Assembly (NCBI GenBank): GCA_030141605.1
Contig: JAQGDQ010000015.1
Coordinates: 1-64,000, forward strand
DNA: 64,000 nucleotides
Source: Tubiluchus corallicola
Taxonomy: Eukaryota; Animalia; Priapulida
Direction of reading: 5' to 3'
Part shown: positions 1-54,918 of the stretch, piece by piece
Layout: the number at the start of each line of letters is the position of its first letter
How positions within the stretch are numbered: position 1 is the first letter of the stretch
Notes under the pieces: generated by a model
What the model was told of the DNA's origin: nothing
The model's input: only the letters and a program-made list of their open reading frames with translations
Databases searched by the model: none
Program-made: the position numbers and the translations under genes

Positions 1-1250
1 TCCTCTGCTCTGCTCTCTGCTCTGATCTGCTCTGCTTTACTCTACTCTGCTCTTCTCTTTCCTCCCCTCACCTCCCCTCCTCTCCCCTTCTTTTTGTTTC
101 TTTCTTCTCTTTCTTCTCTTCTCTTCTCTTCTCTTCTCTTCTCTTCTCTTCTCTTCTCTTCTCTTCTTTTCCTTCTATTTCTTTCTTTTTCTCTTCCTTT
201 CCGTTTCTTTTCCTTTCCTTTCCTTTCCTTTCCTCTTCTCTTCTCTTCTCTTCTCTTCTCTTCTCTTCTCTTCTCTTCTCTTCTCTTCTCTTCTCTTCTC
301 TTCTCTTCTCTTCTCTTCTCTTCTCTTCTCTTCTCTTCTCTTCTCTTCTCTTCTCTTCTCTTCTCTTCTCTTCTCTTCTCTTCTCTTCTCTTCTCTTCTC
401 TTCTCTTCTCTTCTCTTCTCTTCTATTCTCTTCTCTTCTCGCCTCTTCTCTTCTCTTCTCCTCTCCTTTTCTCTCCTCTCTTCTCTTCTCTCCCCCTCTC
501 CTCTCTTTTCTCTTCTCTTCTCTTCTCTCTCTTCTCGTCTCTTCTCGTCTCTTCTCTTCTCTTCTCTTCTCTTCTCTTCTCTTCTCTTCTCTTCTCTTCT
601 CTTCTCTTCTCTTCTCTTCTCTTCTCTTCTCTTCTCTTCTCTTCTCTTCTCTTCTCTTCTCTCCTCTACTCTTCTCTACTCTGCCGTTCTCTTCTCTTCC
701 CTCCCTCCCCTCTCCTCCCATTCTTTTTGTTTTGTTTCGTTTCGTTTCCTTTAAGTTCGTTTCTTTTCTTTTCTTTTCTTTTTTGTTTCTTCCATTTATT
801 TCCCTTTCCATTTCTTTTCCTTTCTTTCCTTTCTTTTCTTTCTTTTCTTTTCTTTTCTTTTCTTTTCTTTTCTTTCCTTTTCTTTCCTTTCCGTCCTTTC
901 CTTTCCTTTCCTTTCCTTTCCCTTTCTTCCCATTCTATTCCATTCCTTGTCTTTTCTTTTCTTTTCGTTTCGCTTCTTTTCTTTTTTGTTTCTTCCATTT
1001 CTTTCCCTTCTTTTCTTTTCTTTTCTTTTCTTTTCTTTTCTTTTCTTTTCTTTTCTTTTCTTTTCTTTTCTTTTCTTTTCTTTTCTTTTCTGTCCTTTCC
1101 TTTTCTTTTCTTTTCTTTTCTTTTCTTTTCTTTTCTTTTCGTTTCTTTTCTTTTCTTTTCATTTCTTTTCTTTTTTTCCATACTTTCCTTTTCATTTCCT
1201 TTCTTTTCTTTTTCGTTCTTATATATTTTCTTTTCTCATCTTTCCTTTGC
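1..1250. repeat. Compound polypyrimidine microsatellite, (CTTCT)n grading into (CTTTT)n
   Basis: About 1.25 kb that is almost all C/T on the + strand. It explains the low-complexity FSSLL / EEKRR ORFs. Confidence 0.97.
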
Positions 1251-1678
1251 TTCCTTAATTACCTTTCATGAAAACGAAGTTGGAGAACGAAAGCAATCCC
1301 TCTGACTAGTAGAAATATCCCTATAGTAGGTGGCTTACACTTCGTTTTGTCAGCAGTGATGCAATATTAATTCGGCTTTCATCACTTCCCAGTCTTCAGT
1401 TCTTTCTCGTAACAAGAAATAGCGAATCCCGTAATAATAAATGACAATAGAAAATTGGCTTCATAGTTAAGAAGAACTAACGCAAAGCACCCAATGTTGA
1501 AATGAAACAAATGCATCTTTTATATGTAGGTGTTTCCAGTATTATTTCCGTACAGATAAGCAAAGTTCCAGATTCTTTTGCTAATTAGTTTCAACAATAC
1601 TTTATTTGATAAAGATCACTAAGGTCATAAGTACATTTATAATAAAAAACAATGGGCAATTAAGCAACATTAATGCTG

Positions 1679-1734
1679 ATTGGCTAACAGGTATGACCTA
1701 TATAAAAGCCTTTCAGTGAGTGCATACATCATTT
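1679..1734 (+). promoter_or_regulatory. Candidate core promoter: inverted CCAAT, TATA and Inr
   Basis: ATTGG at 1679-1683, TATAAAAG at 1701-1708, TCATTT Inr-like with A at 1731 (30 nt after the TATA start). Confidence 0.35.
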
Positions 1735-2029
1735 ATAAGTTAGGCACACGATTATAAGAGCTTTTAACTGTAAAGATGAATTTTGGAAAATGCTGCGTAA
1801 TGTGGCGTTTATGTAGTATGTGTATGCGGATACGGATGAGTTTTCCTTATGCAAAATAGGCTGCCGAAAAAATCAATGCGAAATAACTGCAGAAAAGAAT
1901 AACACCACGCAGCTGCATGAACAGGTGCTTTGAAAACAATATAAACCGATTTTATCCATTTGCGAACCCCAAAACGCATCCGCATCCACATGATACATAA
2001 ACGCCACTTCATTGATATATGCCTTTTCA

Positions 2030-2110
2030 CTGTTAGATGGCGCGAGTGCTTGCGATTCGAGGGGTTGCCATCTTTTCCGGCAATGTCTGACGGTCGAAGG
2101 CGAAGTTGTT
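2030..2110. promoter_or_regulatory. CpG-rich proximal promoter of RSK with YY1-like and ETS-like motifs
   Basis: AGATGGCG at 2035-2042, GCCATCTT at 2067-2074, TTCCGG at 2075-2080; locally CpG-rich, about 130-170 nt before the RSK ATG. Confidence 0.45.
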
Positions 2111-2200
2111 TGTAAACAAGAGTGTAAATTAGATTGAATATTTTCGTAATCTGTGTTTAACTGTCGACCCGGTGTTTAATAATAAACGTTAGAGGTCATT

Positions 2201-46434
<44,234 letters not shown>

Positions 46435-47547
46435 TATTGGCAAACAATTAAGTTTTTTGAACCTTGAAATTAGACTTTTAATGTGCTGATCTCTGTGCAT
46501 AGTTAATAGGTGCTGCCTGTTGATGGCATAATCGGTCAGTAAAATAACTATATCAATGAAAGACTTATATGCACAAATCATGATTGCTATAAAAAGTGCC
46601 CATTTGAGAATTTTTTGTTTTGTTACTGTGGATATATAGTAGTACTGTTTATGTCTGACTAAATGATGACTTGCCAAATTACAGTTTTACTTTGTACGAT
46701 GGTTTAACATTGCTTATCCATCTTATTTTGATGACGAAGCAGTGATACTATGTCATGATACCCGGTTTATCTTATGCTATCAAATGATCTTTAGTCTTTC
46801 TTCAAGGTGTGCGTAGAGTACACTTGTATAAATAACTGCAAATATGATTCGTTATTCATTATCTTATGTTTCATGTTAACTTTACGTATTATCTTTATAA
46901 TGTATAATGCTCTTATGTTTATTGCAAGTTAATAGAATTGCTCAGAACTTGTCAACATGTTAGTTTAAGATGAGTTGAGTTTCCAAATTCTGCATCTCCT
47001 GGTTTATTAATATTAACTCTAGATTTAGTTCATAGTCAGCAGCGATTCAGCGCTCGTGTTATCGTAAACAGAAAGTCGTAAACTAATGTAGACTAAACAG
47101 AATGTGACTAATCCCTCACAAATTGATTTTCACAAAAGTTTACGAGAGCATTGGTTTTGATATTCTTGCAAAATTTCTAATAGTAGCGGTTCTCTTATGT
47201 TCATTTGAATTTGAAGTGTATCTTCATCATTATAAATATCACATATTTATCTACTTTTTCGGTATAGTTCCCAAGTTGAAAAACTCTTTTTTTTGTGTTA
47301 TACTTTCTTGCCATTTTGTTACTACATCGTATTTCTGTGTTATTTTCATGTTGTTAAAGCTGCCGAATCCCATGTTGTAACCTATCTATAGCATTAGAAA
47401 CAAAGTTTTTGTGACATTATTCTGATCTCGTCTTCATTGTTGAGATTTAGGACTGTTTTGAATGAATTTTACCATCCCGGTTATTTTTTCTGCTTCTGTC
47501 GTGTCGTGCTACCAACCCTGGTTAAATGACCACTAAGAACTACATTT

Positions 47548-47688
47548 AAAAAGTTTTGATGTTATTTTAATGACAGATACATGGAATTTCTGAGAATTCA
47601 ATTGTCATTTAAAAACACCACTACTTAGTAAAAGTTTTGATGTTATCTTGGGGCCGGATACATGGAATTCTTGAAAATTTAATTGTAA
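47548..47688 (+). repeat. Two-copy diverged tandem duplication (period about 81 nt) in the RSK 3' UTR
   Basis: AAAAGTTTTGATGTTAT..GATACATGGAATT..AATTGT occurs at about 47548 and 47630. Confidence 0.8.
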
Positions 47689-48599
47689 TATGTCTTATAC
47701 CATATTTATGAACATAAGGAGCACACTAATTAGCTTTCTGGCTGTCTAGTGGTAGTAATTTCTTAATCTTATTTTGCTGTACATTGCTATGTTGTTTATG
47801 TTGCGCGTATGAAAATTTTCATGTAAAATTGCTTTATTTTTGGTTTAAAAACAATGTTATATAGATATAGGGGAGGCATTTTTGTGAATGTGTAAAGAGT
47901 GGGAATTTCACCAAAACTGAGACATCATTATTTGATTTTGTATGTTAAAGGCAGGCTAAAGAATCTGCAAGTCATATTGACTTAACGAATTTAAATCATA
48001 CCACTTTTTCATTTATAGATCCCACTGTAAATCTGCCATTTCCTGACCTCCCACTTTGTTGCTATGTAGTGTTTTTTATATAATAACATTAGTGCAGTAG
48101 CTATATTTGCATCTAATGTGCACGCATGATGATCAAATATATATGTATATCTATGATCTATTATTGAGATGTTCATATTTGGATCATTCAAACTAGAGTG
48201 TACTTATTGTTATTATTACTATTATTATTATTATTATATTTTTTTGTTTTGTTTAATAATGAGAGGATTTATTGCATGTTCTGTTAGTCTGTTTTTTTTA
48301 AAACGCCCTTATGAATGACGGTTGTTTTCTCGCTGAGGTGGCCGAAAGTGCCATAGCTTTCTTTGTGCATGTACTTGAAAGTAAAAGATTTTGGTCTTTG
48401 TAATATCTGTTACTGTTCAAGCTATGTATTTTGTTCATTTATTCTGAAGACACTGATCATGAGGCATCAGCTGGTAATGTTACGTTTAACCTTTAGATAT
48501 AAACATTGGGTCCAAATCTAACCCTGTTTTAGTGTTTGATGGTTAAGTACTTTCTTGAAAATTATGTTTGATTATTGATTAATGAGCTAATATTTATAT

Positions 48600-48660
48600 A
48601 ATAAATAATTTCATTTTGTATTTAATCTTTTTGGTTTTTCCTTTCTTTGATGTTTTCAGT
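48600..48660 (+). terminator. Probable RSK polyadenylation signal
   Basis: AATAAA at 48600-48605 followed by a T/GT-rich downstream element. Confidence 0.6.
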
Positions 48661-49087
48661 GCAGTCACAAATATAAATGAAGTAATTTTGATTAAATAAT
48701 CAATACTTGTTTAGCAAAGTTAAAACGCACCTTTAATTCCATTTAGGATGGAAAAAGTACAGCTGCAATGAGCAGTTTAAACCAAACTAATCTATGGTTC
48801 GGGACACTATTTTATTCACAGTTATTTAATGTCTCGATTTTCTGAGTAAACAATGGGAAGGTTTTTTATTAGTCGATTATGGACCATAGTAACACTCTGT
48901 ATATTTGAAGAACCAATTAGCTTGCACGTTGAAGACGTTCTTAAACTTGCATTAGTTTCCACTAGTTTTGCAGTAATTTTAGCAGATGTCGCCACAAGTG
49001 ATGTAAACATTACTATATTATACGAAGCATGTGACACCATTTCTGAATGAGTAGTAAGCTACCGCCCCCTTAAGTTCGCATTTTCAT

Positions 49088-49360
49088 GGTTTAGGTACGT
49101 TTCCCAAAAAACTTTTCAATTAAAAAAACATTTCCCTGAAGAAAATGCCAGAAATTTTTTCCCCAGAAAACTCGTTTCACAGAAAAGGTATTTCTTCGAA
49201 ATATTTTTAACAGAAAAATCGTGGTTGCGTTTTTAGTTGCTAGATCTGCTATTTCAGAGGATAAAGCCTTCGGTTTGCCTCTCCCTCCTTACCCCTTTTG
49301 TCCTTTACCTCTACTCTCTCCTCTCCCTATCGGTCTCCAGTCTTTTTCTCTATCCCTGTA

Positions 49361-49447
<87 letters not shown>

Positions 49448-50178
49448 CCCTCTCACACGCTCTCTCTTTCTCAGTTGTTATAACCCCTCTCCCTCTCTCT
49501 TTCTGCTTCTAATTAGTTGCAGTGCTTTAACTAATGACTATCCGAATCATTGATAGTGACGCAATGAATCGAATACAGCAGACAGTCAGAATGTGCCGTG
49601 TTTTTAGAGTTGATATTTTTTCCCCGCATTGCAACTCATTTTTTCAATGTTTTCGCAGTTACCGTCAGATGCATCTATATCCTCCCTAAATCAGCGAAAT
49701 AATTCGGCATAGCAGTAAAAATAACTTCCCAAAGTGAGATTCCTAAGCAGTCACCCAACTAATCAGTTGCCAGACTCGACATTGCTTCACTTTGGTAGCC
49801 AATCACACGCCATGATTACCCACTATTGCGTATATGCAAAGATCAACGTGATTCGCTATATAATCGTTTTGACGTTACAAATTTACTTTATTGCCTTAAT
49901 GAGTTGACCAATTTTTTTTCATATAATCGGCATTAATCAATACACGTAGCAAAAATAAGTACTTTTTATTTCGCATCATTTAACTGCGCTTTAAAAAGGG
50001 TTTATTACCTTTTCTGTGAATTTTATTTTCTGGGAAGTGGTGGTTCTGAGAAATGGCTGTTCTGGGAAATTTTTTTCTGGGAAGTAAATATTTCTGGCAA
50101 AAAAAGTTTTGCGTGAAGTTTTTTTGTCGGGGGAAAATTTTTTTCTGGCAATAAACTTCTAGAAAACGAGCCTACCCT
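49088..50178. mobile_element. Mutator-like (MULE) / foldback non-autonomous element
   Basis: 9-bp direct repeat CATTTTCAT at 49079-49087 and 50179-50187; degenerate TIRs (TAGGTACGTTT / AAACGAGCCTA); opposed arrays of CCAGAA / TTCTGG subterminal units. Confidence 0.7.
49365..49444. repeat. (CT)n microsatellite, about 40 units
   Basis: Direct reading. Confidence 0.97.
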
Positions 50179-53100
50179 CATTTTCATTTATGTTCCGCCT
50201 GATGTGTTGCTGTCGCAACAAGCATCATTTTTTACCTGATGACTTTTATCTGTGCCTACTGTGTGATTTGAGCACAATAGGAGGGACCATCTTCTTGATA
50301 AATGGATCTCATTTAAAAAATCACTCTGCAAAACATTCACAAATGCACACTTGCGGTGCAGCTCATTGTAGTTTCGTTAAGAACAAAAAGAAAACTCGAA
50401 CTTGTCATTTCCATGTAGTAATAATACTAAAAGGGCAATTTCTAAAATAACTCTGACACCTGACAGACCACCTGCTTAGATTTTCTTTATTACCTATTAT
50501 TTTTTATTATTACACCATAAACATACACTGCCATGGAATTGCCCTGACAGAAGCCCAAATTGTGATTTATCACCTTCATCTCTCCGTCAACTGCCGCAGG
50601 TAATTTCTGAGATTTGATAGAACTGACTCGCCCACGCACCTGGAAGATACGCGAATCACAGGAAATGAAGCCATGCTTGTTGCCGCTGAGATTAAGAGAA
50701 TTGCAAAAAATGAAGCCTGGTGTGCCAGTCATTGCTGAAAGAAATGTAGAATACAAAACTATTGCAATTTTAACTAGAGAACGGCACACAGGAAACGTAC
50801 ACTGGATCGTAACTGCGACTTATTGGTTGACCGATGACCCTTTAACCTTTCCTTTTTTGGTTGAGGAACATTGCACTCTCACAACATGTCAACAATAACC
50901 ATTCCACAATCTGTTTAAGCACTCCAAGCACATGCTTTTGAAAAATTTAAGCTTTACACGTTTTGCTGAGATTTTGACCTTTAATGTGTAACCTTCAAAA
51001 TTTAATCATTTGACGTTAGGAAAATAGCAGGTTAGTGTATATTAAAGTCAATGTCTCTGCCAAATTTGATTACGGTGCTTTCAATTCTTCATTTTCAAGA
51101 TACGCTGCATAACACAGTTTATGATAGTCTCTTTTCCACAAACAAAAATATAAAAATTGAAGTCGTTTTAATTTTTCCACAAATAAAATCCATGCATACT
51201 TATATAAAATACTTCACAAAATATGAAGTTATGTTAGTTTTTGCTCAGATTATTTTTAAATACAAATAATTACCCCCGTTAACTACTTTTCGAAATCATT
51301 TGTATTCTTCTAGAACCTTTCTGAAATCTCGAGGGCAACAGCCTTCAGTGTTTCCTCAATCTTGTCAACAAATGTCATCACTTAATGCATAATATTTTAT
51401 TACTTGACTGGCAATATTTAAATATTTTAAATATTTTTTTTATTTTAATATGATAAATTTTTTGTTGCTCATTACATGTACTACTCATTTGCAACGCTCG
51501 TATCGCCATCTACTAACATTATTTTTGAACAAAGTTTTAAGCTGAGTTTAAAACTGTATAATTGTGAATATTGCACGCACGCTAAAGCCAAATGCAGCTA
51601 ATGCGCGTACATAACCTTCGTTAATTACTTAAATAACGTAGCTATACATATTTCTTTCCATTGTCCAAAATCACGGTTTTTAGGCCCTTCGGTCAGGAGC
51701 TTCTATTTAAATCTACCCACGTAAGATTTACTACTTAACTTTCTACAAAAGGTCATTCATTGTCACACCAAGCTAGTTCCCCCCTCGTAGTAGTTTAGCC
51801 GCTAACTAACAGTTTTGAATTATGTAAAACTGTCACTTAAATCTACAATGTTAAACTGCTTCCTAATCCTACTTTTACTTGAATTACCTGAGCTAAATCA
51901 AGATAGATAAGTGCCTGCAATTTGAGTAAATAACTAACAAATTTAATACTGCTTGATCTAGAAATTATCATATGATAGTACTGATATATAATATACGCAG
52001 CTATAGCTTTACAAAGCATGAATTGTTTTTGTTTACGTGGTGGTTTCTCATTGAGTTCCCAACTGGTCAGTGGAATATAGCCGAAGATATTTGTAGTCTA
52101 TCGCAGATATTCTGATAATAAGTACATTAAAAGCCAATCATTTTATTTACTTCGTAGCTCTACTAAACTGGCCAGTAGTGGACAGTCAGACACTGGTCAA
52201 TTAAACTTATCAGAAGCACACACATACCGCTTTGTTTTGCAGGCAAACAAACACTTACCCGGCACTTTGGTCCATTTTGGACATTGGTCAAGAACAGGTG
52301 TGGTCATTTATGGCGTACTGTGTTTATAAAAGTGCACGACAGATTGCTCTACAATTAGGAACAATTACTGAATTTAGTATAAATATCAGTTGCGCTAAAA
52401 CTAAAGCTGTTCAAACGGATTCAATTACGTTGTTATAAAGACCGCATTTTATTCCTTATGTACAATTGCTTATTTACAATATGAACACAGAATAAGGACA
52501 AAGCTATATATGTAGGATGTAGGAACCATTACTTTCAGTGTGCCATCTGTGTTTAACAACTATGAACAAAAGCCTATCAAATAATTCACACTATTGCAAT
52601 TCTCTTATATTTTAAACAGAAACTTAATGAAACTATTGTCCTTTATTATGTTATAAGACAGCAGGGAATACTTTTGTTGCTTTTTGAAAGAGAGTCAACC
52701 AACCAAAGCTTACAGTTGCAAGTTTTCTAATCAACCAGATTTTTTCAAGAATTACAAAAATAAAGGGAATCAAGTACTCTTGATTACCCTGCAATGTACC
52801 TACTAACATGAACTGATTAGCACCTGAAACAATTTTTGTTTAGAAGCTTTGTTGTCGCGTGCGCTTTCTATAGGGCGCAAACCAAGTACAACGGCGCGAT
52901 ATTATTGTAAAAAATTATAGTTTTGCACAGGTTAAATTGCAGTCTGGTGTTCCCCGATATTCGAGACACTACAGATTTTCCAGCCTTTCCTTTTTGATGC
53001 GTTGCCAAATGAAGCCAGAAATCTGGCAAACAACCTATCTGTGAACAAGCAATCGTAATCGAAGCCAGGTGCCGTGACGCACAGACCGTCTGCTTGATTG

Positions 53101-53244
53101 TTATAACAAAACGCCCTTGTTTTAATAATCGTAATGAGTGCCGCCCGGAAGCTGTAGGAAATGACGCAGGATGTTGAGAAGTTGTCATATCCACATGTTA
53201 GTGAGTGATGTGTTAGTAATAACTTTCAGTGTCTTTTACTAGGT

Positions 53245-53385
53245 TCTCCATTCCTCCTGTCACTCTTCTCCTCTTGCAGTTCTCTTCCTCCACCCTTGTC
53301 CTCCCTCCCTCTTCTCCCTTCTTTCCTCCCCTCTCCTCTCCTCCCCTCCCCTCTCCACCTCTCCTCGCCTTTCCCGTTCTTCCCC
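53245..53385. repeat. C/T-rich low-complexity tract
   Basis: CCTCT/CCT units. Confidence 0.8.
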
Positions 53386-54509
53386 TTTATATAAATATTT
53401 TATTTCCTCTTTTTGTTTTTCACATTCTCGTTTCTGTTTTACAGTCTCAAGTTATAGTCTCCGTTTTCGCTCACTTAATTCTCTTTTTTTTCGTTGTAAA
53501 TCGCTCACGCGCTCCCACCAAACACACAGACGCATGTACCGAAAGTAATGTCGTTGCACTAATAAAAAAAAACGCAATTGCAGCGCAGTTTCCAAAATTT
53601 TTAACGTAAAAAGCTGCATCGCGAATAATGTGCGCATGTGCAGCTGAAGAATCCCCGTCACTGATTACTGTAATGCACGTGTGCTTCTCGCGAAAAGAGT
53701 TTTTCTGAATCTGTTTATGGTTTTCTTATTCACAGTCTAAATTGCGGTTACGTGATGGTTTCACGTGATTTATTTAACGGTCATTGACTTGTAAATAACC
53801 TGTTAAAACAAAATGCAACGTTTCAATGCATGTTGATTAAGATAATTATTACCTCTTTAAGCTTTTAAGTCACAGGCAAAAATCCCTAAACTAGATTCTC
53901 TTTGTAAGTCAGTTTCTTGCATCTAGTTCTAAGGTCCATAAAAAGACGAGTGTGTGATGCTGGACTTGAATATTATTTTCAGGATTGTGGTTTAATAGTA
54001 GAATAAATTGTGTTTGAGAAAATGTACACTTTATGATGGCTGTAACTGGCGATGAAAGAGGGTGTGATATTAATAATTTATAAAGTTTTAAATAATTGAT
54101 TAAATGTTACATAAACTACATATTATGAAAATGCAGGCGAGAAATCTTTAGATGCATATAATTATATAATATATACATTTTTATATAATTATATATTTGT
54201 GTTGCATTACATTTAGCCAGAAAAAAATTAAAATTACATTTTGCAGGGGTGCTGATTCTGACAAAGTACACTTTGGACTTGCGTCCACGTGGAGGGCAGC
54301 TGAAGGCCCTGTCCTACGTGGTCAATAATTTAACCTAAAGCAATCATTACCAGTGTCTCATTTTTCATCATGATGCATCCACGTCCCCGTCAACATTCGG
54401 TGAGCAGATATGAAAGTAAAACGCATGCTACGTAATACAATAAAATTTAATAATACCACAAATTGAATTTGAGATCATGCGAGAAACGCACGCGGCCATT
54501 TGAGACTGA

Positions 54510-54918
54510 TGACGCTCCTCCCAAGCATAGAGCTCGTACAATAACAATCCGTTTTTATTGATCATAAAAAATTAATGCATATAGAGTGAGAATAAAAGTT
54601 TCCTCTTGAAAGCGTTACCTCTCTCTTGGGCATAACTAAAGGTCAACGTTGCGTCATGATCCTGATTAGAAACGGATTTAACAGGTTTTAAGTCAGTTTT
54701 CCGAAGAAGCCTGCAATTATTTATCATTACTTGTTTCATATATCAATTATTTAAGTACAAGTAGTGGCCTATATAAAGTGCAAACCTCCTGCGAAAATGA
54801 CTGGGTGCATCAAAGACCTGACGTCTGATTGTTTTTAGCGCGCTCGCTTACAATTTTGATCATTTGATGACGTAATACCAATGTAAAATGGATGTCGGAT
54901 CAGCATGCAGTGACGTCA
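54510..54918. promoter_or_regulatory. Cluster of CRE/ATF-type sites
   Basis: TGACG 54510, CGTCA 54652, TGACGTCT 54819, TGACGTAA 54868, TGACGTCA 54911. Confidence 0.45.

Noticed and set aside
68-1305. Long ORFs of 247 and 403 aa (EEKRR / FSSLL repeats)
   Set aside because: They are translations of a pentanucleotide microsatellite that lacks stop codons.
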